Source: a virus (lineage: Duplodnaviria; Heunggongvirae; Uroviricota; Caudoviricetes). Taken from it: a stretch of DNA of 64,000 nt. A program made the position numbers and the translations under genes. The notes under the pieces were generated by a model. The model searched no databases. It worked only from the letters and a program-made list of their open reading frames with translations, and was not told where the DNA came from. The DNA lies in IMG/VR virus record IMGVR_UViG_3300032053_000031; one strand, 5' to 3'. Numbering within the stretch: position 1 is the stretch's first letter; each line of letters starts with the position of its first letter. Of this stretch, positions 45,172-54,887 are shown piece after piece.

Positions 45172-45380
45172 AAGATAATCTATGCTGTATGGTTCATAGA
45201 GCCGTGAGATGTACTTTTTGTGGTGCATCTTATTGCAACATGTGTTATGGCAAAACATTCGGAATGGACTACAGACAAAGACCTCCTTGTCAGAAACGCC
45301 CTCTAGGTGAAGAGGATATGGTTAACTTCACAGGACATTGGTTTCAATTCTATCGGGGAGCCTTAATCACCACAAAATGA
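45168..45380 (+). CDS. LCC-family small Cys-rich protein
   Basis: MKDNLCCMVHRAVRCTFCGASYCNMCY. Confidence 0.65.
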   Translation: MKDNLCCMVHRAVRCTFCGASYCNMCYGKTFGMDYRQRPPCQKRPLGEEDMVNFTGHWFQFYRGALITTK

Positions 45381-45628
45381 AAAGATTTCCTACGGGAAGG
45401 ATGTATGGTAGCTCTCGCGTTGAAGTGTTACATCCTGATCTTTGCTGTATAGTAAATCCATTCGTCAGATGTATCTATTGTCGTAATGTAGTATGTGAAG
45501 AATGTCTCGCTAAATGTTGGCCTCCCCGAACTGTTGGAATGTGTTGTGTCTGGTCCTCAAAGAAAACTCCGGGGTTAGCAGATAGAGAGGGTTGTATTGT
45601 TTGTTCATGGGAGTTTCTATATCAATGA
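45377..45628 (+). CDS. LCC-family small Cys-rich protein
   Basis: ...HPDLCCIVNPFVRCIYCRNVVCEECL; ATGA overlap. Confidence 0.6.
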   Translation: MKRFPTGRMYGSSRVEVLHPDLCCIVNPFVRCIYCRNVVCEECLAKCWPPRTVGMCCVWSSKKTPGLADREGCIVCSWEFLYQ

Positions 45629-45885
45629 AAATAACTTTCACAGAAAAGGAAATAGCCTTTCTTCATGACGTTCTTCATGGATATATGTCCCGAGATGAAT
45701 TTGAGGGTCATTGGAAAGCTCTCCAATTCAAATTTGATAGACTCGCTGAGAAATATGTCTTAGGAGGCAAAGATGGAACTCACCCTAAAGGATGCTCGTG
45801 CGGCAGCGCTGAAGAGAGTTGCTCGACTAAAGAAGTTAAAAAAGAAGGATCAGGAACAGATACGTCTAGCAGCATACTCCCTTAA
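45625..45885 (+). CDS. hypothetical protein
   Basis: Internal Met of track ORF 45592..45885; ATGA overlap. Confidence 0.4.
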   Translation: MKITFTEKEIAFLHDVLHGYMSRDEFEGHWKALQFKFDRLAEKYVLGGKDGTHPKGCSCGSAEESCSTKEVKKEGSGTDTSSSILP

Positions 45886-45949
45886 GTGGCTTGAAGACTT
45901 AGATGAAGCCACCTATCATAGTATCTTAGAAGAGACCCTCTAACCATTT

Positions 45950-46282
45950 ATGCGAAACAATTGTTTAGTATGTGCAATAAATCCTCGTGTTAGATGTTTA
46001 ACTTGCAATGCAGGTCTCTGCACAGAGTGTAGAGATAAAGAATTGCTATCTCCTGGACAAAGGCGTAAACGCGCTGGAGGGGATGAATACTCTCAATGTC
46101 CAATGTGTAAGACGTGGGGAGGTTGGATTGATCCAGAATACAACGCAAGAGAGAAACTTCCCTCATATGGTATACACACCTGTGATTGTGGTATTACAAT
46201 GGTAATAACTTTTGCAGGTGAACAACCTTGTCTATGTAATAAACTATTTAAAGGGGAATATACCCATGCCCGTCAAAGGTGA
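45950..46282 (+). CDS. LCC-family (CLxC variant) small Cys-rich protein
   Basis: MRNNCLVCAINPRVRCLTCNAGLCTECR. Confidence 0.55.
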   Translation: MRNNCLVCAINPRVRCLTCNAGLCTECRDKELLSPGQRRKRAGGDEYSQCPMCKTWGGWIDPEYNAREKLPSYGIHTCDCGITMVITFAGEQPCLCNKLFKGEYTHARQR

Positions 46283-47447
46283 GTTAAAAGGAAATGGCGT
46301 TCCGGTTAAACTTTGGACTGAACTTGCTTCGGTAGAGTCTGAAGCGTTAACCCAGTTAAAGAATGTATCAGGACTACCCTTCGTAATGAATCACGTTGCG
46401 GTCATGCCCGATTGTCATGTGGGAAAAGGAGCTACAGTTGGCTCGGTTATTGCTACCCAGGGAGCAGTCATTCCTTCAGCGGTCGGAGTAGATATAGGTT
46501 GTGGAATGTCGGCTGTTAAGCTAAAAGGGATTACGGTTAGTAGTCTTGGAGACTTAGCTGTCCTTCGCCATTCGATTGAGAGATCAGTTCCTACTGGCTT
46601 TAGCGGTAATAGTCGTGTGGGTAAGGATGTTAAGGGTTGGGAAGGTTGGGATGAATTCTCAAAGCTTCATCCTGACATTCAGAAGGAAATGAGTGACGCT
46701 CAGACTAAACTTGGTTCTCTGGGTGGAGGCAATCACTTTATTGAAATCTGTAAGGACCCTACTGATAATGTATGGGTTATGTTACATTCCGGTTCTCGTA
46801 ACATAGGATTGAAGATTGCTAACATCTATATCAAGAAGGCGAAAGAATTAATGTCACAGATGTATATTCAACTTCCCGATAGAGAATTAGCATATTTGCC
46901 TGCAACTGATATTTCGTATAGTAATTATCTCCGGGATCTTAACTGGGCTCAGTCTTATGCATTCAAGAATAGAGAACTGATGCGTGAAAGGATCTTGAAA
47001 GATATCTTCTTCGCCGTTGGAAAAGAGCCCTTCGACTTAGAGATGGAAGTAAACTGTCATCATAACTTTGCCGCAATGGAGCATCATTATGGACAGAATG
47101 TCCTTATCACTCGTAAGGGCGCAATTCGGGCTCGCGTTGGTGAGTTGGGTATTATTCCTGGGTCTATGGGTACTAAATCGTTCATCGTGCGTGGTCTGGG
47201 CAATCCCTTGTCTTTTGAGTCTAGCTCACATGGTGCTGGCCGGAGAATGTCTAGATCGGCAGCAAAGAGGACTTTCACGGAAGAAGATATCGCGAAACAA
47301 TTAGCTGGTATCGAGTGTCGTAAGGACAAAGGTATCATCGATGAACTTCCTGGAGCTTACAAAGATGTGGATGTAGTAATGGCTAACCAGAACGATCTGG
47401 TAGAAGTAGTAACGGAACTGAAGCAGATCATGTGTATCAAGGGATAA
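46266..47447 (+). CDS. rtcB: RtcB RNA-splicing/repair ligase
   Basis: Metal-site motifs PDCHVGKG, GGGNHFIEI, HNFAA, SSSHGAGRR (C-terminal His); start is an internal Met of track ORF 46212..47447; 393 aa. Confidence 0.9.
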   Translation: MPVKGELKGNGVPVKLWTELASVESEALTQLKNVSGLPFVMNHVAVMPDCHVGKGATVGSVIATQGAVIPSAVGVDIGCGMSAVKLKGITVSSLGDLAVLRHSIERSVPTGFSGNSRVGKDVKGWEGWDEFSKLHPDIQKEMSDAQTKLGSLGGGNHFIEICKDPTDNVWVMLHSGSRNIGLKIANIYIKKAKELMSQMYIQLPDRELAYLPATDISYSNYLRDLNWAQSYAFKNRELMRERILKDIFFAVGKEPFDLEMEVNCHHNFAAMEHHYGQNVLITRKGAIRARVGELGIIPGSMGTKSFIVRGLGNPLSFESSSHGAGRRMSRSAAKRTFTEEDIAKQLAGIECRKDKGIIDELPGAYKDVDVVMANQNDLVEVVTELKQIMCIKG

Positions 47448-47449
47448 AG

Positions 47450-48007
47450 ATGAGTATTGAAACCACCTTAACTTTATTTCCTGAGATACTGAAGAGGCTG
47501 TGGAAAGAATCGCCTCTGCGTCAGGGGCAGGTTTTAAAACTACATCCAGGACAGGCCTCTATCATAGATATACCTTCTCCAGTTTCATATCATGGAATTT
47601 CAAATTCTGACCGGAGACATGTTGAATCCTACGAAATATCTGCACAGGTACACTCTCATTATCTTTTCAAAAGAGAGGAGATAGTAGATATATTAGTGGA
47701 AAAACTAATAAAGGCCGAGAAGGATTACTTCTATAAAATACTGTTCGGAAGTAATGAAATACTTTTTGTTCCCGATAAAAAAGTCCAACAAACTAAAGCC
47801 CTTTTTGAGGGACTCAGAAGGGATGTAGCAGTAATTCCCGAGTCCTATAAAGACTGTGCGGCACCATTATATCCAAAGACAATTTGTCTCGTAAGAAATG
47901 ACTATGAATTAATGGTCACAGGAAATATAGTAGTACTATGGGAAGTCGTTGGTATTGCTATTCAACATTCAGAATGGCATCGAAATATTCCTTTTGTTGT
48001 AAAATGA
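47450..48007 (+). CDS. hypothetical protein
   Basis: Internal Met of track ORF 47432..48007, just after the rtcB stop. Confidence 0.45.
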   Translation: MSIETTLTLFPEILKRLWKESPLRQGQVLKLHPGQASIIDIPSPVSYHGISNSDRRHVESYEISAQVHSHYLFKREEIVDILVEKLIKAEKDYFYKILFGSNEILFVPDKKVQQTKALFEGLRRDVAVIPESYKDCAAPLYPKTICLVRNDYELMVTGNIVVLWEVVGIAIQHSEWHRNIPFVVK

Positions 48008-48228
48008 AAAACAAACTCTGCTGTATCGTAAAAACGAGAAAGTATTGTGACAACTGTAGATTGCTTCTTTGCGAAGAGCACGGCAAAAACATATCATGGA
48101 GCTGTCCTAATTGTTCAAAGAAGACAATGCTCTACTATCTTCCAAAGGACGGATGGTATCCTGGTAGTAATAGTTATTCCAGAGAATTTAAACCCCACCT
48201 CGCAGTGCAGAGCTTTAGCTTATGTTAG
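48004..48228 (+). CDS. LCC-family small Cys-rich protein
   Basis: MKNKLCCIVKTRKYCDNCRLLLCEEHG; ATGA overlap. Confidence 0.6.
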   Translation: MKNKLCCIVKTRKYCDNCRLLLCEEHGKNISWSCPNCSKKTMLYYLPKDGWYPGSNSYSREFKPHLAVQSFSLC

Positions 48229-48254
48229 ATATCATCTCATATTAGAGGATCCTT

Positions 48255-48770
48255 ATGACTAAAGAAGAATTTCTCGGATTACAGCAACATGACCGAATCA
48301 AGTTCACCGGGAAGGTTGCTCCTAAAAATAGATATACCGCAGAGATAATTACGATAGGTAAGACCTATACCATAACAAACGTAATAGATTATTCATCTTC
48401 TAGATGGGGTGACTATAAAGGAATATCAGTTTCCTTTTATGGAAAAGGTTCTTATCCTGTAGAGAATCCTGATGACTGGGAAGTGGTTGCTCATAGACAT
48501 GATAGAGTTGTGGCTGTCACTTCCAACAAGAGAGCTATCTCCAATTCCAGAATCACCTTAGCTAAGTGTAAAACAGCTTTAAATGAGAGTATTACACGTA
48601 GTCGTAGTAATTTCGATTACTATCTCAATAGAGCTAACTTATCAAGCAAGCTAGAGTTTCTTCGTAATCTTAGTCCAGCGGAGAAGCGATTAGCTGAATT
48701 CCTCTTTGAGTTTAAAGACGTAGATACATTCTTATGTTCATGGGAGAAAGGAAAAGATGCATCAGAGTAA
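48255..48770 (+). CDS. hypothetical protein
   Basis: 171-aa track ORF. Confidence 0.45.
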   Translation: MTKEEFLGLQQHDRIKFTGKVAPKNRYTAEIITIGKTYTITNVIDYSSSRWGDYKGISVSFYGKGSYPVENPDDWEVVAHRHDRVVAVTSNKRAISNSRITLAKCKTALNESITRSRSNFDYYLNRANLSSKLEFLRNLSPAEKRLAEFLFEFKDVDTFLCSWEKGKDASE

Positions 48771-48797
48771 GACGGGATAGGAGTTTAAGGAGGGTAC

Positions 48798-49610
48798 ATG
48801 CAGAGATCAAGATTTTTCATTACAGCGTTTCGTCTTCAAAGGAATCCCTCATTCTATAAGACTGTCGCAATGATGAGGTCCCTGAATAAGGACCAAGGGG
48901 TATTAATTCCCCCAAAGGAAGAAGGTTGGATATCATCTAATTGGTCTTCCCTTTCTGTGGGTAATGCTTTAATGTGTCTGCACTATCTTAATAGGGGGTT
49001 TACCTGGTCACACAATTCTACCGCAGCAAGGAAGATATTCGATGCCCTTCTACTGGAAGATTCAGATCAGATAATGCATGCTTTAGGTAGTAGCTTAGTC
49101 GAAGAAAATTCTCTTACTACCTATATAGAACAGAAGCTCCCTAAGTATCTTAAGGAAAATCCTGAAGACGCGAAGAAGGGATATTGGAAACCGCGAGATG
49201 AGGGTAGAGTAAGACATCTCACACGTAACGAATCTCTTAAGACATATCAGTTTGAAATGATTTGGAATCTAATTCCAGTACGGGATAGAATAAGGCGTCT
49301 TGATGAGTTAGCTAATTTTCCTTTGATGAAAACACCCGATTATATACTCAAAGGTTTATTTGAGTGTATTTGGTGTGACGCAGACTCTTCTAAGGAAGAG
49401 GATCGTTATTATGGTTATGGTCGTTCTGAAATGCCTATCATAAATGAAGTTATTAGGCGGGGCATGATAAAGAAAATAGATGTACCTGTAGTGATACCTT
49501 CTCAACCGAAACCCGTGACAGCTAAAACTCCTTTAGTAGCTTTGGTCTCCAAAGCGGAAGTAAAGACAATAAAAACAGGAGCGAGAGAGATAATTAGGAT
49601 CACCATATGA
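48798..49610 (+). CDS. hypothetical protein
   Basis: 270-aa track ORF; AGGAGGG RBS. Confidence 0.45.
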   Translation: MQRSRFFITAFRLQRNPSFYKTVAMMRSLNKDQGVLIPPKEEGWISSNWSSLSVGNALMCLHYLNRGFTWSHNSTAARKIFDALLLEDSDQIMHALGSSLVEENSLTTYIEQKLPKYLKENPEDAKKGYWKPRDEGRVRHLTRNESLKTYQFEMIWNLIPVRDRIRRLDELANFPLMKTPDYILKGLFECIWCDADSSKEEDRYYGYGRSEMPIINEVIRRGMIKKIDVPVVIPSQPKPVTAKTPLVALVSKAEVKTIKTGAREIIRITI

Positions 49611-49843
49611 AAACCAAAAAGAAGAGGCGGCTCCGAGTAGTGAACGACGGCGACACGATCGAACTGACCGTCCGGCGTACATCTAATGGTATAGTGGCAA
49701 ATCTTCCTAGGAAGATTCTACGCTATATGCATCTGGGCGCTGGAGATAAGGTTTATGTGACTGCGCGCGATGGAACACTAGCAGTACGCCCTAGTATGTC
49801 TTTGGAAGAAGAAATCAATAACTACGTTTCCCATAAGAGGTAA
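49607..49843 (+). CDS. AbrB/MazE (SpoVT-AbrB) fold DNA-binding protein-like
   Basis: IELTVRRTSNGIVANLPRKILRYMHLGAGDKVYV resembles swapped-hairpin AbrB/MazE domains. Confidence 0.4.
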   Translation: MKTKKKRRLRVVNDGDTIELTVRRTSNGIVANLPRKILRYMHLGAGDKVYVTARDGTLAVRPSMSLEEEINNYVSHKR

Positions 49844-49846
49844 TTC

Positions 49847-50707
49847 ATGAAAGTCCCTTCCATAGGTGCTGATCCGGAATTCTCCTTTAAGAGTAAAGGT
49901 GGGAGAATGATTCATGCGGATTCTATTATCCAACGAAACACTGGTCATGAATATTTCGGGACTGATGGATGCAGTGCGATAGCTGAGATAAGACCTCTTC
50001 CAGCTAAAGAGCCTAGACAGCTAGTGGATAATATCCGAAGTGTTCTTCAGGTAGGTCTGTCTGACTATCCTGCGCTTAGGGATGTTTACTGGAAGGCGGG
50101 AAGCTGCACGGGCAATGAATATGCCCTAGGTGGACATATTCATTTCGGAACACGTGGACTAAATGTAAAAGGCATCGCCCCTGTTGTGAAGCATCTCGAT
50201 ACTTACGTAGCTCAGATCATATCTCTTCTGGAAGATGAAAACGAGAGTAGCAATCGCAGATATGGCGATTATGGTGGTTTGAACGATTATCGTACAAACG
50301 ATCATGGATTTGAATGGCGCACTCCTTCAAGTTGGTTAACATCCCCGCGTGTTGCAGAAGGAGTCTTATGTCTCAGCCATGCATGCGTCGTCGATTCCAT
50401 AAATGGTAGGATGAAGAGACTTCCAGAAAGATTAAGTCTTCCTTACGACGACGACTGGAATGAAATAGTAAGGGAAGACCAGAAAAGAAAGGTTCCTGGT
50501 CTGAAGAAGGCTATTAAGAAGTTTAGACTATACAAGAAGTATCAGGAGCCTATTGAGTTCATCTTCAAACTCATTAATGAAAATAAGACGTGGTTCCCAA
50601 AAGGTGACATGAAAGAAGCTTGGGGATTAGTTCCTAAGAAAGAACATCGCCTCGATAGACTCCAGATAGTAAATGTAAAGGCAATCTGGGATGGAGTATC
50701 CAAATGA
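49847..50707 (+). CDS. hypothetical protein; possible amidoligase (GCS2-like) family
   Basis: N-terminal IGADPEFSF loosely resembles the GxExEF motif of phage amidoligases; this is a weak call. Confidence 0.25.
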   Translation: MKVPSIGADPEFSFKSKGGRMIHADSIIQRNTGHEYFGTDGCSAIAEIRPLPAKEPRQLVDNIRSVLQVGLSDYPALRDVYWKAGSCTGNEYALGGHIHFGTRGLNVKGIAPVVKHLDTYVAQIISLLEDENESSNRRYGDYGGLNDYRTNDHGFEWRTPSSWLTSPRVAEGVLCLSHACVVDSINGRMKRLPERLSLPYDDDWNEIVREDQKRKVPGLKKAIKKFRLYKKYQEPIEFIFKLINENKTWFPKGDMKEAWGLVPKKEHRLDRLQIVNVKAIWDGVSK

Positions 50708-51258
50708 TATCCTTTAAGATGAAAGACTATAACATATGTAAGATTGCAGAGGGTGCTGACTTCCTGAATCAGTATGAAACTCAGAACTACGAAATTGTAG
50801 GGCTGAAATTAGAAGGGCGCCCTCACATAAGAATAGTAATACCTGCTGATGGCCATGTCAAGACGAATAAGGTAACTCAATTATTCAATAACAATAAGAT
50901 AAACCCGAAGGGATATGTATGTGAAATTGTTAAGAATGATGACCTTAAAAACAAAATAGTCATTTGCTTGAGAAAGGATGTAAGGGAAGATGTCAGGGTA
51001 GCAAAGAAGTTAATTCAAACCATTATATTCTTAATGGAAGGTAGACTCTATATCCCCAAAGGGTTTAAATTAAACTTAGGGTCCAAGATAAAGCCTTACA
51101 AGAAGAAGAAGTTAGTAGTAAAGAAGTTATTATCTCTTGAACTCCAACTGCCAGATAACATTCCAGTGAGGCCAGAAGTGAGTCTAACTCTGGCGGATGC
51201 TCTTCGGGTTAATGAGTTCGTCTGCGACGATCGAGATGGATCCCGTCGGATCCGCTAA
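50704..51258 (+). CDS. hypothetical protein
   Basis: 184-aa track ORF. Confidence 0.4.
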   Translation: MISFKMKDYNICKIAEGADFLNQYETQNYEIVGLKLEGRPHIRIVIPADGHVKTNKVTQLFNNNKINPKGYVCEIVKNDDLKNKIVICLRKDVREDVRVAKKLIQTIIFLMEGRLYIPKGFKLNLGSKIKPYKKKKLVVKKLLSLELQLPDNIPVRPEVSLTLADALRVNEFVCDDRDGSRRIR

Positions 51259-51269
51259 GGAGACACTAC

Positions 51270-52070
51270 ATGTGTAGGTTAATAGCATTACCGCCTGGAA
51301 CAACTAAGAAAGAAGCTCTTGAAGTCGTTAAAGATTTCTACATAGGCAACGATGATGGTACAGGAAGTGTCTATGCAAAGGATGGTCAGTTTGTCGTTAA
51401 TAAGTGGCCACTGAGCTTCAAAGAAGTAATCAAGAAAAGGCTGCCTCTTGTTGATCATATGCCTTATGAAGGATGGACTTTGATTCACGTGAGAGCGGCA
51501 TCCCACGGAAAGAATAATTACGAAAATACTCATCCGATCGTTCGTGGGAAGTGGGCTGTGTGTCATAATGGAATCTTCCATGAACATGCTCCTGTTAGGG
51601 CTGCTCTTAATTTAGTAACAGAGTTCAAGGGGCAAACTGATACAGAAGTGGCTGCTGCACTCTGGCAGCTTGCGGGGCCCAAAGTCTTTATGAAGACCGT
51701 GTCAACTTCAGGAGTCTTTCTCTTCTTGAAGAATAATGGACAGCTGCATGTTGTTTGTACAAGCGGAGATCTTCTCTTTAAGGCAAGGGAAAATAGTTTC
51801 ACGTTCGCTTCGGAATTTCCTCTTGATTATAAGAAGACAACCCGAGTGGATGAAGGTTATTTCAAGATGAGTAAAAAGGGTAAGGTTTTAAAGTCCTTCT
51901 TTGAGAAGAGCAAAACCTATTCTTACAGCTCTGCTAAGAGGAGTATTCAATCTTATTCTAAGTCCTTCAAGTCTTACTATTCTAAGAATTGGGACTCAGA
52001 AGATGAATGTAGCGATGACTCCTGGTACTATGAGGACGGCTTCCTAAAGAGGAAGGGAACTCACAAATGA
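51270..52070 (+). CDS. class II glutamine amidotransferase-like Ntn hydrolase
   Basis: Cys at position 2 (MCRLIALPPG), typical of the N-terminal Cys nucleophile in GAT-II/YafJ-like proteins. Confidence 0.45.
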   Translation: MCRLIALPPGTTKKEALEVVKDFYIGNDDGTGSVYAKDGQFVVNKWPLSFKEVIKKRLPLVDHMPYEGWTLIHVRAASHGKNNYENTHPIVRGKWAVCHNGIFHEHAPVRAALNLVTEFKGQTDTEVAAALWQLAGPKVFMKTVSTSGVFLFLKNNGQLHVVCTSGDLLFKARENSFTFASEFPLDYKKTTRVDEGYFKMSKKGKVLKSFFEKSKTYSYSSAKRSIQSYSKSFKSYYSKNWDSEDECSDDSWYYEDGFLKRKGTHK

Positions 52071-52240
52071 AACCTTGTCCCTTCTGCGGTTCTAAGAAGC
52101 TAAGAGCTAGTCACGATGAAGAGTATTTCTTCATTGAATGTATTAAGTGTGGAGCTCAAGGCCCAAGTACCTTAGCGTTTGGTGAAGAAGATCCGCGAGC
52201 ACAAAAGAAGTGGAATGAAAGAGAGGGAGGAGTAACATGA
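52067..52240 (+). CDS. Lar-family restriction-alleviation zinc-ribbon protein (57 aa)
   Basis: Short ORF not in the track; MKPCPFCGS...IECIKCGAQGPS...KKWNER matches the Lar family pattern (KPCPFCG ... CGAxGP ... WNxR). Confidence 0.65.
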   Translation: MKPCPFCGSKKLRASHDEEYFFIECIKCGAQGPSTLAFGEEDPRAQKKWNEREGGVT

Positions 52241-52824
52241 ACGTAAGCGATGTCCTTAAACAGGCTTCTTCAAGTAAAAAGAGAGCCACAGCTACGGACA
52301 TGGTAGAGATTCCAGTTCCTCCAGAACTGTTAATCAAGCACGCCATGAAGTATGAAGCACATAAGTCAGCGAAGGCTGATCTCGCACTGTCTGAAGAGGA
52401 GTTGCTTAACGAAGTGAAGCCTCGGTACATCGAGGCTGTTAAGAAGAATTACGTTAACTCCGCGAGACTTCGAGCAGGGGATGTAGAAGCTACTGTCTCT
52501 TGGAAAGATGCATATAAGAAAATTCCAATTGAAAAGAGAGCCGATATTGAAAATATCGTAGGGGATAAGTATCATGACTTCTTTCAAGAGATCAATGATA
52601 TTCATGTGAAGTCAGATATTGCGGCAGATCCAAAAGCATTAGAAGAGCTGATCGAGGCAATCGGTCCTGACAACTTCTCAAAGTACTTCGATGTCGAACA
52701 AGTAATCAAACCTACTTCTCGGTTCACACAAGAGAGATATAGGTCGTTAACTGAAGAAGTAAATCAGGATCTTCAGACTGTAGGAGTACAGCAACACTCA
52801 CCAGCCATCCGCGTAAAGAGTTAA
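52237..52824 (+). CDS. hypothetical protein
   Basis: 195-aa track ORF; GGGAGG RBS. Confidence 0.45.
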   Translation: MNVSDVLKQASSSKKRATATDMVEIPVPPELLIKHAMKYEAHKSAKADLALSEEELLNEVKPRYIEAVKKNYVNSARLRAGDVEATVSWKDAYKKIPIEKRADIENIVGDKYHDFFQEINDIHVKSDIAADPKALEELIEAIGPDNFSKYFDVEQVIKPTSRFTQERYRSLTEEVNQDLQTVGVQQHSPAIRVKS

Positions 52825-52825
52825 G

Positions 52826-52978
52826 ATGAAAATTGTAATTACCGCTACCATAAATAAAGAAGTACATCCTTCTCGAATGAAAGAATTAGCAAGTCATTTG
52901 AGTCAAGCGGTAGAGACAGCTGGAGAAACGATAACGCTCAATGCTGTAGTTTCAACGAAGACTCATATAAAGCACTGA
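52826..52978 (+). CDS. small hypothetical protein (50 aa)
   Basis: Short ORF not in the track; immediately follows the upstream stop. Confidence 0.3.
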   Translation: MKIVITATINKEVHPSRMKELASHLSQAVETAGETITLNAVVSTKTHIKH

Positions 52979-52979
52979 G

Positions 52980-53354
52980 CTATAGAGGTAGCGGCAGCGG
53001 CTGATTGAGTTGCTGACCGCTACCTCTCTTGTAGCTTCGTATGCGGTGACAATTTGAACAAACAAGGTCACACTTCTTAGTCTCTTTAAGAATAGTTCTC
53101 TTGGTTCTCTTGGAGAGTTCAGTAGGATTGAACTTCTTGGCTTTGCCATTTCTATGGTCGAAGTCCATTACATAATAAGGATAGCTCATACCACAATCCA
53201 TACAAGGTTTATCTTTAAGGGACCGATAAAAGCGTTTGTGATTCTCAATACGAATCTTACGACGTTTTGCCGACTTACGATATGGTATATGTTCTTTCAT
53301 ATCTTTGTAATCAAACCATAATAAAGGTCCTTGGGGGGTTCGTGGAGAACCCAC
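52980..53354 (-). CDS. HNH endonuclease (free-standing, opposite strand)
   Basis: CMDCGMSYPYYVMDFDHRNGKAKKFNPTELSKR...CSNCH HNH/zinc-finger motif; one of only two minus-strand genes. Confidence 0.7.
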   Translation of the reverse strand: MGSPRTPQGPLLWFDYKDMKEHIPYRKSAKRRKIRIENHKRFYRSLKDKPCMDCGMSYPYYVMDFDHRNGKAKKFNPTELSKRTKRTILKETKKCDLVCSNCHRIRSYKRGSGQQLNQPLPLPL

Positions 53355-53374
53355 ACTCCGACCAATGGAGAGTT

Positions 53375-53524
53375 ATGAAAATGGTCGCCAGCCTAATTAA
53401 ATCAGTTGCCTTCTATTTGTTAATCATTCTAATAGTTATTGTAGCGGCGACGTTGTGGGTCGCTGGTATAATAGTACAACTCTTTGCGAAGGTCTTGAGG
53501 AGAATAAATGACAAAAGTAAATGA
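53375..53524 (+). CDS. small hydrophobic membrane protein (49 aa)
   Basis: GGAGAG then ATG 53375, internal to track ORF 53267..53524; LLIILIVIVAATLWVAGIIV TM helix. Confidence 0.35.
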   Translation: MKMVASLIKSVAFYLLIILIVIVAATLWVAGIIVQLFAKVLRRINDKSK

Positions 53525-53756
53525 TATGAGTGTTGTTATATGGCATGAATGTACTGAGGAAGGGTACGACAAAGAGCTCCTAGCTAAGATAGATGTCATA
53601 AAAGGGAAGTCTCATGACAAAAAGAAAAAGAATCCACGTAACTCTTAGATGTACGTTTTGTAATAAGTATGCGACTAGAAGAGAAATCATTGCCGGTTCT
53701 ATAGGAACCAAAGTTCCTCTGTGTGAGAATCATTGGAATTCCATATAGGAGAATAA

Positions 53757-54425
53757 ATGAAGATTGTAGCGATTGCTGATATCCATTGTCAGTTTGACAA
53801 GATAACAATTCCTCCCTGCGACTTATTAATAAATGCAGGAGATCTTACGTGGGAGGGAACATTACAACAGATCGCCCAATTTAATTATTGGGCTGGTACC
53901 TTACAGCATGTTAAACATTTTGTAACAATCGCAGGCAATCATGACTTCTTATTTCAGGATCAACCTAGTCTAGCTAGGAGCTTAATAACTAATTGTGACT
54001 ACATTGAGGACCAGACTATCATAGTAAATGGAATCAAGATATATGGAGCACCGTGGACTCCTAGGTTCCACGACTGGGCATTTAATGCAGATAGAGGTGA
54101 AGTAATTAAGAAACATTGGGATAAAATTCCTGAGGGGATAGATATACTCTTAACACATGGTCCTGCATATGGATACGGCGACAAAGTAATTCGTGGAAGT
54201 GGTGAACGTTGGGAAGATGGAGAAGACTTCGCTATCGGAGTAGAATATCTAGGATGTAAGGATCTGTATGATGCGCTCGTAAGAGTAAAGCCTAAGTATC
54301 ATATCTTTGGGCATATACACCAAGGTTTCGGCATCTGGAGAAATGACTTCACAACATTCATCAATGCTTCCGTATGTACTAAGGAATATAATCCTATCAA
54401 CCCTCCGATAATGTTTGAAATATGA
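53757..54425 (+). CDS. calcineurin-like metallophosphoesterase
   Basis: Motifs DIHCQ (D-x-H), GDLTWEG (GD), GNHD, GHIH; AGGAG RBS. Confidence 0.8.
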   Translation: MKIVAIADIHCQFDKITIPPCDLLINAGDLTWEGTLQQIAQFNYWAGTLQHVKHFVTIAGNHDFLFQDQPSLARSLITNCDYIEDQTIIVNGIKIYGAPWTPRFHDWAFNADRGEVIKKHWDKIPEGIDILLTHGPAYGYGDKVIRGSGERWEDGEDFAIGVEYLGCKDLYDALVRVKPKYHIFGHIHQGFGIWRNDFTTFINASVCTKEYNPINPPIMFEI

Positions 54426-54655
54426 AACTCTGTTGCTTAGTTAAAGGGTCCTGTCTTTGTTATCACTGTGGTTGGAAAATATGCGAGGAGTGTTACTCTC
54501 AAATGTTCAAGCAGAGTAAACGTTCTTATTCTAGATTAGTATTTGTCTTGGACGATAGTCATTTTGAATATAGTTATAAGTGTAAAGAGAGATATGAACT
54601 TCAAAGTAAAAGCGCTGCAAGAAGGAAAGACAATAGTTTCAAGAGAACCAGGTAA
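54422..54655 (+). CDS. LCC-family small Cys-rich protein
   Basis: MKLCCLVKGSCLCYHCGWKICEECY. Confidence 0.65.
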   Translation: MKLCCLVKGSCLCYHCGWKICEECYSQMFKQSKRSYSRLVFVLDDSHFEYSYKCKERYELQSKSAARRKDNSFKRTR

Positions 54656-54887
54656 CTCAATGACTCCGGTTCTCAAGTCACGACAACCTGTACGAATAGC
54701 TCCAGCCACTTGGGATCAAGTAGATGTGGGTGATATAGTCTACTGTAAGGTTGGTGGATATTATTACACCCATATTGTTAAAGCTAAAGGCTTGAGAGGT
54801 TGTCAAATAGGTAATAATCATGGGCATATTAACGGATGGACTAAATATGTCTATGGTAAAGTAATTGAAATACTTCCTAACATATGA
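54594..54887 (+). CDS. S24/S26-like peptidase domain protein (tentative)
   Basis: EPGNSMTPVL...VDVGDIVYCKV resembles the LexA/signal-peptidase Ser motif. The start overlaps the upstream LCC gene, so the boundaries are uncertain. Confidence 0.3.
   Translation: MNFKVKALQEGKTIVSREPGNSMTPVLKSRQPVRIAPATWDQVDVGDIVYCKVGGYYYTHIVKAKGLRGCQIGNNHGHINGWTKYVYGKVIEILPNI

Noticed and set aside
48186-48202. 12-mer accccacctcgc shared between the coding sequence at 48190 and conserved element copy 3 (57213)
   Set aside because: It lies inside an LCC-family coding region, is short, and has no flanking similarity. This is most likely chance.
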